From Takakia lepidozioides (taxonomy: Eukaryota > Plantae > Bryophyta): DNA of 64,000 nucleotides. Position numbers and translations under genes: made by a program. Shown here piece after piece: positions 1 to 12,900 of this stretch (within the stretch, counting starts at the first letter, position 1; each line of letters opens with the position of its first letter). The notes under the pieces are model-generated. The model was given only the letters and a program-made list of their open reading frames with translations. It was not told where the DNA came from and ran no database searches. The stretch is from NCBI GenBank assembly GCA_030704615.1, contig CM060732.1, positions 13,144,001-13,208,000 of the forward strand, read 5' to 3'.

Positions 1-444
1 TCATCCTGAGAATAACAACAATAAATTATTCTTCTTGTAAAACCTCCCCTAGTCTATCTACAAGTGGACCCATGCCCGGACTTTAACTTTAGGGTGAGCC
101 ATACATTTGGTAGTAGGGAGGTTGCCATCCATCCTCGCAGTTAAGTAAATTCGTTGCAGTGCCCTAGCTACAGACTTTATGTTTCCAAGTCACCACCTTC
201 TTGACAACGGTGACACAGAGAGTTTTCCGGTCGAGCCGGCGTAACTAAGAGCCACTTCACCTTGCGGCTACGGCCCCTCTCTTTGGGAGATGGGCCCGAT
301 AACGGTGACATATACAAAGTAGTGCCGGGATTGTGGGGCCATCAACCCCAAAGGTCACAGTCGTCAAACTTGCACCGTCGGTCGACCCCACAATTGGTAC
401 ATTTTGTTAGAGTACCACCGCACCTCCTCATACCATCACATTTC

Positions 445-570
445 TTATTTTCCTTCTGTTATTGGGCCGGGGGATTTGCTGTTTCCTCTACAACCACCCA
501 ACCCCCATGTGGATTTGAACCCAGGGACGCCTGCTACTTATCAGTAAAAGTGGGCCAACTAGGCAGGCAA
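445..570 (-). mobile_element. tRNA-derived SINE-like element
   Basis: Minus strand has an A-box-like GCCTAGTTGG and a B-box GGTTCAAATCC at tRNA-like spacing, followed by an A-rich tail; no complete cloverleaf. Confidence 0.5.
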
Positions 571-1081
571 GGTGCACTTTTTGGGCTTGTCTTATGTGGG
601 AGAACATGGGAGCCTTGGGTTGAAAGAGATATAGGTTGGTCCTTTGAGTGATGGAAGAGGTGTATGTAGGTGTTGCGGTCGTGATGGAAAAAGAGATATA
701 TGTTGGTGTTGTGGTCCAATGGGGGACAGTAAAGAGATGAGCGGGCTTTCCCACCATCGCACATTCCCAGTACATTCGTTTTTTAGGGCTGCATTGCCCT
801 AACAAGCCTCCTCCGCTTTGAGCGGCTTGTGTGCTGCGCGTCAACGTTGCGCCGCGCGCATCCAACTAAACTATGTTGTAGTGTGTACCATACCCAATGA
901 TTTTGGGTCAACTAAATTGAAGAAATAAATAATATATATTTTATTACACAACCAAAATCCTGTGGTAAATGAGGTAAGGCATAACGAAGATTGGGATTGT
1001 AGCAACTTACATCCAAAATGGTGGCATGTGCAGAGGCGTTAAATTGCTGATGGTCGGAGGACGGAAAACATGTTATGTAAT

Positions 1082-1188
1082 AGGGAACGGAATTTCTAGT
1101 GACTATTACATCAGGTTCGATGCCGGATCGGCCTCACGTCAGGTTCGCCGGCATCGAACCTGCTGTAATAGTCGAAATCCAGTTCCCT
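1082..1188. repeat. Long inverted repeat/hairpin (~45-bp arms)
   Basis: AGGGAAC...GACTATTACATCAGGTTCGATGCCGG pairs with CCGGCATCGAACCTGCTGTAATAGTC...GTTCCCT; the inner 15 bp are perfect. Confidence 0.8.
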
Positions 1189-1625
1189 TGCATAAAAGAT
1201 TAGGGCTAAGTTCTAGTGACCTATTTCACTGTCATATTGCAGATTCGGAATGGGTCACTAGAATCATAAAGAGCAATTCCGTGAAATAATCAACCTCTAA
1301 GCAATGAAGGAATACTTAGCCCAAATCTTTTATGGATGAAATATATATTGTAATACTAGTTTACAACTTGAGTGCAACTTTCGCTGGTCGTTACTATAAA
1401 CAAACTATCTCACTAAACTGAACTATGTTTTTATAGGGGTAAGATGATTGTGAGGGCCGGGCGGCCTAGTGAACTTTCTAACGACAGTTCCGAATACCCA
1501 ATCCGCATAAAAGATGGAGATGGATTCAGAATATGTGTGGAAAATCGTCATTCCAAATTCAGAATATGTCACTTGAAATTACAGTCGGAAAGAAGCCACC
1601 TCTACAGAGTACAAATGCCTAGAGG

Positions 1626-1910
1626 CAGTGTTTTTAAGTCTGGCGAAATTTCGCACTTTTTCGACCTCCAAAAAACAAATCCGAATATTCTGTCATAAAT
1701 TCCCTATTTTCTCATGGATGAAATCGCCAAAATTCTCCAAAACAAATATAAATCTTGGATGAATTCGCCTAATGGATGATATGCATGGTTGAAAGTACAG
1801 CTGAGGATGATTCTGTCCAAATTTCAGTGGATGAACAGAAAATATGGCTAATTTCCTGCAAAACTCAGTAGCCACTCCTGTTATTTCCCAAATTTGAAAA
1901 AAAAACACTG
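1626..1910. mobile_element. hAT-type MITE
   Basis: TIRs CAGTGTTTTT / AAAAACACTG; flanking direct repeat CTAGAGG (1619-1625 and 1911-1917); non-coding. Confidence 0.75.
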
Positions 1911-2487
1911 CTAGAGGCATGCCCTATTTACTTTGTTTCAAACTTCTTACCTTTATCTCCGATTAACCTGTAATGAGTCGACATCGTCAAGACGCCACCT
2001 GGCCGTAGTCCATTGGTCCAAATGAAATAAAGTTAGTGATGCCAAAAACGAATCCACAGCAAAAAAAAGAGTATAAAAAAGGAATTTTTCCAGATTCCAC
2101 AAACATTACACAAATTAGCGCGGTACATGGGGTACATGACTGGGTACATGGTACGCACAGATACATGAAGGCATCGTCTCTCTCCTTTTTTGGGGCTAGT
2201 TCAGTTTGCGAAGCTCTTGAGGTTTGTGTGTTGAGTGATAGCAGTGGATGCTGAGAGAGACTGATGTGAGCGAGGGTGGGAGGATCTGTTTACATAATCA
2301 CTCTGTATTGCAACAATCGCTGTGAGATTCTGTAGCTCTCCAAGTTTTTTCATCTCCCCACCGTGAGGATTCTTTGCAACACCAGGGTTCACACCCTTTC
2401 CTTTTCCAGTATCAGGAATTGGTTGTTGCTCTGTTGTTTTATATTCTGTTTCCTGAGAGAACAGAATTGGGGAGAATTGGGAAAGAG

Positions 2488-4218
2488 ATGAATCCAGAAA
2501 CGGAGAGCCGATTGGCAGCGTTGATAATGGAAGAAGCCAGTCGGCTGCGGAGGCAGGCAGACATAGACGGAGTGGGTGCATACCTTGCCAAGCCCGTTGT
2601 GAAGAGTCGGCCCAATCGACAGTTCCTGCATGCCATGGTCAGAAGTGTTCAGCAAGGTTCGCCCTTCTGTTGCACACAATGTCTTTGTAAGTCAGATGCA
2701 GGATGAGTAGGGTCGATTGCGTGTTTCAAGGCTCCCGAGCGGCATACGGTTAAAAGCGTGTAGGGTTAACTTGGTCTTGTAGGCATATAATCTTAAACAG
2801 GGCGAGAATAGCGGCTGTGGGGGGGGAGGGCCTTCGTGCATGGAAGAAACAAACGTTCTAGTTACAGGATGTTGTCAGAGTGCTTTCTGATGAGTATCTG
2901 GGGCCCTGGGTCCTCCTCTGTCAGGAAATCCTTCCAAATTTTGACTGAGAGAAATTGAGTGGATGTTGTTTGAGGGCTTGCAGTTGTGTGTTAAGATGTT
3001 GCAAGAGCTGTTCATCTGCAGTTAGATCTAACATGGCTACAGAGTCCCAAGCATGTTTTAAGAGTCTCGTGGATTTCTTGAGAGTCTTTCAGCATCGTCT
3101 GTAAGAGCGATGATGGAAAACTAAAGGTCGACGTTTCTAAGTAACACCATCTGAAACTTTGTATCTCGCATGCCTAGTGGACTTGGGGAATGGACTGAGA
3201 TGCACATTAATCATATGCATACATTTGTATATGTATTGGATGTGCATGATACCACATTGGTGGTGGGCATCTTGAATAGGCTTCAACTTGTATCTGGCTA
3301 TTGGACACAGCCATTATCTGAGTGTTTCTGTCATGATCTCCATTGTTGTCTTCAGCTAATCGCATAGTGGAAGTGAATGAGATGTGGCGCCAGCGGTCTG
3401 TGGAGCTGGACCAGGAGTCTCACAGAGAGAGACACTCACATAGAAGCAGGAAGGTCTCTTCCTTAGAGGGATTGCCAGAGAGACGGGAAAGTTTGGGAAA
3501 GAGAAGATATCCAGACACTCGGGCATCAGATGATGAACCCGATCAAAGTCATGTTTCTGATCATGAGAATGAGGGCCTGAAGGATGAGGATGTTGAACAA
3601 TTTCTCCTTTCCAGGTATGGATGTTCTTTAAGAGCATGTTTGTGCTCTTCTCTTCTACCTCTCTCCCTCTCACCCGCTTTTCCTCTCTGTTTCTTGCGAA
3701 TGTTGAAGTAAGAGGATGCATCTCACAATCATAATAAAGTGTAACACATAGGATGAGAAACAAATTAGGTCTGTGGCACTCATGGCCCACACCTAGTACG
3801 TTTCCTGCATGCTTATTTCTCACTGCATGCTGCATGTTCTGTCACTCTTCTCAGAGTTAAACGTGGGCGTGGAGCTGTTGGGTCTCGAATGGATGAACCT
3901 GGGCCCTACTGCGCTCGTGCTCATGGAGTTATGTCCGATGCTCGTGAGGAAGAGGAATGGGAAGAGCACATTGGAGGCTCAGTTGCTGGGCCCTCCTTGA
4001 TGCCAGGAGGTGTTTCTCTCGGAGCACCTGACTTCGTCAGGGAAAGTAAAATGCCAAGGAAGAAACTGGGACCCCGGAGACTTGAAGATGCAGATGATGA
4101 TGAAGGAAAATCCTCTCAAAAGAAACAGCGTCGGGAATCAAAGGAGAGAAAAAGAAGGAAAGAGAAGAGAGCTATGGAGCTGGAGAAACTTTCGAAGTGG
4201 AGAAAGAGGAGAAGATGA
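2488..4218 (+). CDS. Conserved uncharacterised plant protein with charged, basic C-terminus; 3 exons (2488-2656, 3356-3614, 3855-4218)
   Basis: GT-AG introns join in frame: MNPETESRLAALIMEEA...RPNRQFL...VQQ|ANRIVEVNEMW...EQFLLS|RVKRGRGAVGSRMDEPGPY...; Lys/Arg-rich tail suggests nuclear localisation. Confidence 0.85.
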
Positions 4219-5149
4219 GTCTGTAGCAAATCCTGTGCCTGCAGGACAATTCTGCGCAAAGGCTTTTGAGCTTCATGGGAAGTCTCTGGTGGCCTCAGGG
4301 ATTATGTGGGAGAATCTTTCATAGTCTACAAGTGGAATTTGAAATGCCCAAGCTCACTTACACAAAATGCTGCAGGATGACTTTGCAGCTCAAAACTCCA
4401 CTATTCAACCAGAGAGAAAGTTCCATGGTGACAAATTTAGATATGCATGGCCAAACAGAGCCACTCCTTTTCCATACATAGATGAGATTGGCACATGATG
4501 TGCTTTGTAGGAGAAAATTAAGAACTTAGCAGAGATGACGGGCCAATGGGCCAAGAAAATAGACGGAAGCTATTGGCTGCATGCACAGTAGGAGAGAAGC
4601 CTCTGAGCCCAGAGAAAGAGAGGGAGATAGCATAGCTGTTGACCCTAGCAACATTGCTATAGCAGTCAGATTACCCTGTGGACCCAGGCGCACACATGTG
4701 CAAGCACAACTACAAAGCGAAACAGGAAAGTTTTATGACGTGCGTCGCACAGCCATAAAAGCTTGAAAGAAGTATTTGCTTTCACGTAACTACTGCTAGG
4801 AATATGAAGGTCGGCAGCTAATGAACCTACGCAAAAGTCTGGCAAGGTTCCTTGGATTGGTGTGATTTTCTTGCGTAAGGGAGATGCTTGTATGCGTGTA
4901 TGCTTGCTAGTATGCTTGTGTAGTAGGCAGATGTTATAGACGGTGCACAGCTTTTGCTACTGCAGAAAAACCAATAGGCCAATGGAAGCCATTTTCAGTG
5001 ATGGAGAAGTTCCAAAACCAAGTCTGGTTTGGTTTGGACTGAAAGTTGTGTCACCAATCTCTGAAGCTCTCCAGAGATCAAGTATGCTACTATTTGGCCT
5101 CCAGATGATAACCCTTTCTGCCAGTTAATATTGTGAAGTTGATGTTTTT

Positions 5150-6300
5150 GTTCTGATTAACAGCATTCAATCCTTCAGTGATCATTTGCAGTGCTTAAGA
5201 GTTGAAGTTTGTCCGGGTGCAAGTCATGCAACATGAACTCTGTCTCTGATGCCGACATTCTATGATGGGACGGACAGCAGGGGAATTGCTGACAGTGGAT
5301 GATCTTTGAAGAACCTCAGAAACAGCAGCTCAACAGATACTTGCTTCCTGCAGCAGTGCTTGTTTTTCATTGTAAGCTGTAAATAGGTAAGTTGTCTGAA
5401 CGTTCAGCATGATAAGTGCCCAGCGCAAGTTGTCATCTTGTTGGTTGAGATCATGCCACACTGTAAAACAGACGGAACCCCCATAGAAATTTTGCAAAGA
5501 GTTTAGGTACTTGTTAACAAAGAATCTCTGGACACTGTACTGGTAGTCCTCAGAATTTTTAGGTGTGGTCGAAACGTCGAAACTGTGTGGTCATGTACGT
5601 TTTTTCTCATGCGCCATTTGTATGGTCTCAGGTTTTTTGACAGAACTGAAGAAGGTGACAGTCTACATCAATGCTGGGGAGCAACCTCTGTAGGCAGAGT
5701 GTCTATGGTTGGAAAGGTAGACCATACGGGCGTCCTTTATTTAAAGGCCATGCAATCCTGCTGTGTTTCTGCCGTATCATGAACAAACAGGGATTAGGTT
5801 TAGGTCTGGTGGTATGTGGGTGTCAGCTCCCTGTATTTCACAGGGAAGAGACAATCCTAGCTGGTTTCCGCGCTTCTCTTCTAGCCAGGGTAAGCACTAG
5901 ATTCAATCAGTCTGTTCTCCACATGGAAATGCTTTTCCATAGATTCAATTTGATTGGCCATGCTGGTGCCTGGACCTGGCTCCCCGTGGATTCCTCGTAT
6001 CTTTCCCTACAGTAGGAATCAGCTGCAGTTGGTTTAAGAGCGCAGAGGGTCTATGGTTGCAGAAGTATGGGCATTGAGCTTACCCCATCTTGAAAATGTT
6101 GTACTTGGGAATACAAGATTGCCTCTTCCTTTATTGAACAGAAAATGCTTTTCTTTTTCTCTTGATGGACATTCTCGGGTGTCTGGTTTTGCAGCCTTCG
6201 GGTCTGGGGTTCAGTCTCCATGGCTCATGAAAAGGGGGTTGTTTTTTCCCCACCCTCTAAAAAGGGCCTGAATTGTTAGCTGTCGCCCCCAGGTTCCCAG
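5150..6300 (+). mobile_element. Degenerate non-LTR retrotransposon 3' remnant
   Basis: Decayed EETI-type zinc-finger-like region near 5820-5890; ends in the GGGCCTGAATTGT...CAGGTT tail shared with 17508 and 59538. The 5' boundary is approximate. Confidence 0.4.
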
Positions 6301-6908
6301 AGAATCACATGAGATTACTGATAACTTCTGGAACGACATCAGCTTTCCAAGAAAACCAGCTCCGGTTGGGCCAGGTAGCAAAGAAATACCCGAACTGTAG
6401 ACAGACCCAGGACATTCTCACACTTTTGATGCTAGAATAGTGGTGGTTTGTGCAGGATTAAGGTTGGGAAGAGTTCAAGACTGAAAAGCTAGGATAGAGA
6501 GAGTTCTAAACTATTGGAGTACCCAGCCCCTTTTCAGCAATCATCTACCAAACATCCACAATGGTCACAACATCAGTAAGAGCCATGAATGATACGTACA
6601 TCCAAGTGCAGAACAAGCTCCTGAGGCACACTTGAAAGGTAACCATATAAGAGCCCTGAATGATAAGACCATGGGACACTAAGACTCTCACATGTTTCAT
6701 TATGGCACAAGCCTTGTGAAGTTCAGTGTCTTCAATTTGAAGGTGAAAACATGCACAGTTATAATTTCAATGCAAGTATTTTTGGTAGTGGATACTTTGC
6801 TCCAATTGTAATGCCGACAACTGCTGTGTTTACAAACTCTGGGTCAACTCCCATGCGTAAGCAACCCCGGCTGTCTTCTATGTTGGGATGGCTGGTGCTA
6901 CTGTGGCG

Positions 6909-9900
6909 CTATCTAGGCCCTGAGAGCTGAACAGCTTCAATATCCCAAGAAGAATCTTCCACCAGCTCACAATAGCGGTGAGGCATTGCTAGAGCCTCGC
7001 GGTTCTGTCGGCTTTCAACTTCCCGCCATTGCTCCCACCGCTCTGCGAGCCCATCTCCCTCTAACATACGAACTACTTCCAGCATCTTTGGGCGATCAGA
7101 TGGCAGCATTTGTGTGCACAGTAGTGCAACCTGGATAATCCCACACACAATACAGTGACAATCCTAGTGAACATAGAATCTTCTCAAAGACAGTCTGATG
7201 AGAGTTAAGATTAGGAAATGATGTATTCATTGACTTTCCCCTGTGTTAATACAAGAGTGACACCCTTAAGGGTCTAGTAGCAGCAAGACACTTACTCTCT
7301 CAACAACAATAATAGGTTTCACGCCCACCAGCCTTTGATACTAGTCCCACCACCAAAGCACAATCTGCATTCCAACACTCCTCTGTAGCAGGCAGCATTA
7401 ACAGAGATGTGATGTGTGCCTGCCTATGTCAGAGCCTCCCAGCAGGAAAAGAAGAGTATCTATAGTGCACGTCAAACTGCAATTCTGAACCAAATGCAAA
7501 TCAGAACCAGGTGGCATGACCTTACCTGTACCATTTCCTCCAGCTCAAGTGAGTTGTAATCTTTTTTCAGGTCAACATCCACCAAAAGGTCCAGTCTCTT
7601 GTCTGCTTGCAGTTTTTTCACCTGTTATATTGCCATAGACACTTCAGTCAGCTCTATATGGGTGTCTTACCAATGAGACAGGAAAGAAAAAAAGGAACTA
7701 AATAACATCCAAGTGCCTACAAGGGATTTGTGCTAGTGGGTATAATCATTGAGCTACCATTGCTTGCTGACAACCTGCATCATCCAGTTACAAAATTATG
7801 GTCTACTTTGGCAAGATTTCGAGCACATACTGTATCAGAATAACAAATGCAGCCAGTGGTGTTAGGTTCCCACTTTGGCACTAGAAAACGGTACCCTCGC
7901 TGCCACCCACAGATGTGGAAGAACAGAAAGCTTGAAGAAAGGGCCTCAGACACTCTGCTGCTGCAATGTGGCCAACGGAGCTTTCTAAGATCTCACTAGT
8001 ACACGGCAGGATGTCTAACACTGGTTCTATTTGGACATCCTGCCATTTCCCAGTATATTTGATACATCATATCAACAAGTGTGCAGCAAAGAGAGCATGG
8101 GAGTGAAATCAAAGCATGGGACAACCAAAGCAACCTCCAATTTTTCTCCATATACAGAGAGGAGTTAATTACCCAGTCAAGGAGCATCATATCATGGTGG
8201 CTTGAGAGCCGGCCAAACTCAAACGCACGTTGCCCGGTAATGAGTTCCAGCAAGAGCACACCATAGCCAAACACATCAGTCTTCTCCGATGATTGGCCGG
8301 TGGAAAGATACTCAGGGGCAATATGTCCCACTGTACCTCTTACAGCTGTAGTTACGTGAGAGTCTCTGTGATCTAAGAGCTTTGCAAGACCGAAGTCTCC
8401 TACCACTGCTTCAAAGTCTTCATCCAACAATACATTTGCTGCCTTGACATCTCGGTGAATTATTTTTGGGTCACAATGCTCGTGTAAGTAAAGGAGACCA
8501 CGTGCCGACCCCAGGGCAATGCACTTTCGTGTGGGCCAATCCAGTGCTGGCTTCCCAAGTTTTGTGTCTGCATAATGAAGCAGTATTAGATCCAGCCCTC
8601 ACCAAGAATTTCCCTATTTAGGAGGTCAATGACTGTAAACCTAAGCCTTTAATTCAATGCAGTCAAACAATAAAACGCAGACATCAGTCAGGTCAAAAAT
8701 TCTGTAGCGGTTCCAAATCAGAATGTCACCCAACTTTGGAGGAGTTACACCCAGTGCAGAAAATGGGTAAAAGATTGAAAATAGCCTCAATCTTGGATGT
8801 GTGATGGACTTGTTCCGCTGAGAGCTATGCAGCTACATTCTATGGATTGCACCCAAACAGAGGTATCTATCTCTTCATAACTCACAAGGTCTATGCCTAC
8901 AAAATCCAGAATTTGCAGTGAAGGCTAAACTCCAGGTCACTGAGATATATCCCTTTATTATTCTTTTGGTTTCTTCCATTCTCCCATAGGTACCCGGGTT
9001 CCCATGGACATCATAAACTTCTTTCGTGTTTCTCCTCCTCGGCCCTCCTGCCAACAGAAAGGACGTAGAGAGAGAAATGAGATTTAAGACAAAGGCTTGA
9101 TGGACAAACCACGAAGGCGAGATGCAACACTCCCATTGGGCATGTATGGGTAAACCAATAGACGCTCTGTCGGAGTCATGCAAAACCCTCTAAGCCGCAG
9201 CAAATTGCGGTGAACTGCCAAAGAGATCATTTCCACTTCCATTTGGAACTGAATTTCAGCACCAGGGCTCCCCTCCCCCTTCAAGCGCTTCACTGCAACC
9301 AATGAACCATCCCCTAGGCAACCCTTGTACACATTGCCAAATCCACCCTTCCCCAATATGTTCTTGCTGTCGAAATTGTTGGTTGCAACTTGAAGCTCCC
9401 GAAATGAAAACTTCTTGAGCTGCCCAAGTAACACATCAGGATCCTGTTGATCTGCGATTAGGAATACGCCACTTTGATGGGTCATTAAGAACACTACTTT
9501 AGTCTGAACAAAACACCTTTGCACAGCTGCTGTTGTTAAGGCTAATCAATTCAGAAGCCCACAAAGAGAGAGGACGAGGAAGTTAGGCACTACTTTCACT
9601 GACTGCGCTAACCCTGCATGCTGAAATTTAACTTCAGCATTTGAGTGATGAGCTCCTATTTTCACAGGTTAAAGTTTGGTTGGTATTTACCATTGACATC
9701 GAAGAAGACTTGTTTGTTGTTCCGACGTCGCCACCATAGCAAACCCAAGGCAATTGATGCGGCAAGAACAACTGCCCCCAGAGTCAGCCCACATGCCACT
9801 GCTCCGCCTTTATTTGACCGTCCCAATGTCACACCTTCCCTTACCAAACAATGCGAAACATGAGCACAGATATGTCCATTCACTTGGTGTATTAAACTTT

Positions 9901-12900
9901 TGACGTCACAACGGTCATCTACCACATGCACAAATCAGCTTTTACTTCAATGAAACACGACACAAACAGCAAGCCCTGGCATGCAATGGCTGGCACACTG
10001 GCCATATAGGACTTACTCTCAGAAGTGTTCAAGCCTGCTGTCAAAGGTAAGGGTGGGTCACCAGGACATTCGCGCCTAATGCTCGACCCACATAGATGAG
10101 GGTTTCCTTGCACACTGTCACACAGACATTTCCCTCCATTATGCCTCTACAATGAACTGTGAGAAAAAAAAAATGGAAATGAAATGAAATGAAATGAAAT
10201 GGAAATTTTGAAAAGAAGAAATAACGGAAATGGTACTTTATAACGTCCGCGGAAGCTCATAGAGCTTATGGGACAAAATGGAAGAAAATATGAGAGAGGA
10301 AACAAAACCAGAGCCGAAAATAAAACTATTGCTCGAGTGATTGTCTAAGGGTGAAAGACAGAAACTTTATAACGTCCAGAGAGGGGACGAGAAAGAAAGG
10401 AAATAACGAAACGAAAGGAACTCTACAACATCCATGGGAAACTCAAAGAGCTTATAAAAGAAAAGTAGGGGCCCCAACGAGCAACCAGAAACAATTCAAC
10501 TTCATGAGATTTTCCAAGGTAAGGAAATGAATGAATGAAATGATACTTTATAACTTCCATGGAAAGCTCAAAGAGCTTATGGTTCAAGAGAAAGCACAAA
10601 CAAAGAAAGAGAAAAACTTCAAACGTCCAGGGAAAAAAGCTCAAAGAGCTTATGGGACAAAGCAGGATACAGAAAAGAATGTGGGGCTCCCAACACGCAG
10701 CTAAACAATTAGCTGTTCAACTTCAAGAGATTCTCTAAGGTGAGGAACTTGCTGCCAAGCATTTCTTTTCCTAGTATTGAAAGACCTTAGCGAAGATTGG
10801 TGCTGTCATGTAATAGACAATAGTATCTCCTCCAGATCTCCTCCAGTAGAGAGGAGAGTGAAAGAAATGAAAGGAAGAAAAGAGAAAATGTTTTTCAATT
10901 TCAATCTCCCGTCTGAAAATGAAATGAAATGAAATGGTACTTTATAACGTCTGCGGAAAGCTCAAAAGCTTAATGGACAAAATGGATAAAAATGAGAGAG
11001 GAAACAAAACCAGAGCCAAAAAAAAAAAAAGCCCAAAAGAAACTACTGCTCAAGGGATTGTCTAAGGGTCAAGGCCTCGTGCAGGTAAGCTGCCAAGCAT
11101 TTCTGATCCTCATAGTGGAAGACGCCAGTGAGAGATTGAGTTCCACGGAATAGACAGTGGAATCTCCCACGGATCTCATGATATAGAGGGCAATAAAAGA
11201 AGAAGTGTTCTTCAGTTTCAATGAAAGAACTTTATCCCGTCAGCAAAGACGCCAGAGGACCCAAGGGACAGAGAGCAGTAGGAACCATTTCCAAGACCAC
11301 CTTATAGAACTACTAAGGAGAGAAAGACATGAATCCACATAGAAATCAAAGACAGAAGAACGCAATTTTACTATGTCCAAGGGAGGACCAAAAGGCACCT
11401 GAGACAGTGACACAGTAGAAACACTGAAACCCAAGACCAGATCAAACCCCAAACCTTGCACAAACATGGAGTGCCTCAATCTGGTAAGCTGACTGCTAAG
11501 CGGTTCAGGTCCTCCTAAGGGCAGGCTTCTGGTAGGCGTGTGGAACCTCTAGAAAGGTAACAAAATCTTCCCTGGATGTCAAAGATACAGCACAAGAAAA
11601 GAAATGAATAAAACAAACTTAAAATCACCCAGATGAAGCCCAGAGAGCTTGGGAACATCAGTGCTAATAGTATTGGGTCGACCAACAACACCCACCAGAC
11701 CATTACAATGACTGGCTAGGATACCTATTCAGTCAGAGATAGAAAAGAGAGAGAACGCACTCATCAATTCTATGCCCTTGTTTTGTAGGGCATATAATAT
11801 CCCTGAAACTTGGATGAAGCAGAGAAATGGAAATGAAATGAACTGGTACTTTATAACTTTGGAGAGAAACATCAAACTACACTAGACAGAGACACCAAGG
11901 AGTGACTTCCATTGAAAAATAATTACATACGAGTGAAAACCTTGGATTCCTGGCTATGGTGCAAAGAGCTCCAACAATAGCTGTAAAACAAAAAATGGCA
12001 GTAGCTGAATCCTTGGGGATCTGAATGCTTGCAGGGTCCATTCTACATGGTCATGTTTTGGCCCCTCTGAATCGTGATGCTTCTAGTATGACATCAGTTG
12101 CAGCCCAGAAACACCCGATCCCTTAAGCCAGATTGACATTTGCTGTGTTCTCGCTGAGTTTCATCTCTGGTTGGCCAAAATCCCCACAACAGGCTGCAAG
12201 AAGGTTAGTCCCAGGTAGGGACATGGTCTCAAGGGTGCGGTCATCAGACAGAACAGTGAATGAGTACATACCGACAATGCTAACAGTCTAATGGGGTTGA
12301 GTCCTTACAAGAAATTGGGAAATGTGACATTGGGTACATAGCCACTCAAGTTATTGTAGGATAGATCTCTGTCATGGACCAACAACCACCCAGCAAACAG
12401 GGCATGTCAGCTCAAAACGCAACATTGAAGAAGAAATTACCCACACTTAGAATCACCAGAACTTTCTACGAGCTCTGTCCAGTCCTACATTCCAAGGGGA
12501 CATAACTCAGCGCCCATGAACCTTCACCTTGGGGTTGCTGAACTTGAATCTAGGGGAATTTCCCTTGACAACATACAAAATCAAACAGATGCTCTTTTCT
12601 GCGAAGTACTTCGTTCACAGCTGAGATTCGGTTCGCGGCTTGACAGTGAATGATCAACAATGGCATGATATTACTACATCAATGATGTACATGCATACCC
12701 TAATATGAGGTGCGGACTAAACAAACTGTGGCACAAGTACGGAAGGAACAATGATGATTGCTGCACTCATAGAGGGAGAGGTAGGGGAGGGACCACAGGA
12801 AGAGATGCCTACAGGAAACCCAAGGCAGGAATAGTTGTCAGAAATGATGGGAACCCTCCAGTGAGCTTATTCTCTTTGAATTGCCTGAACCCTCCAACCC

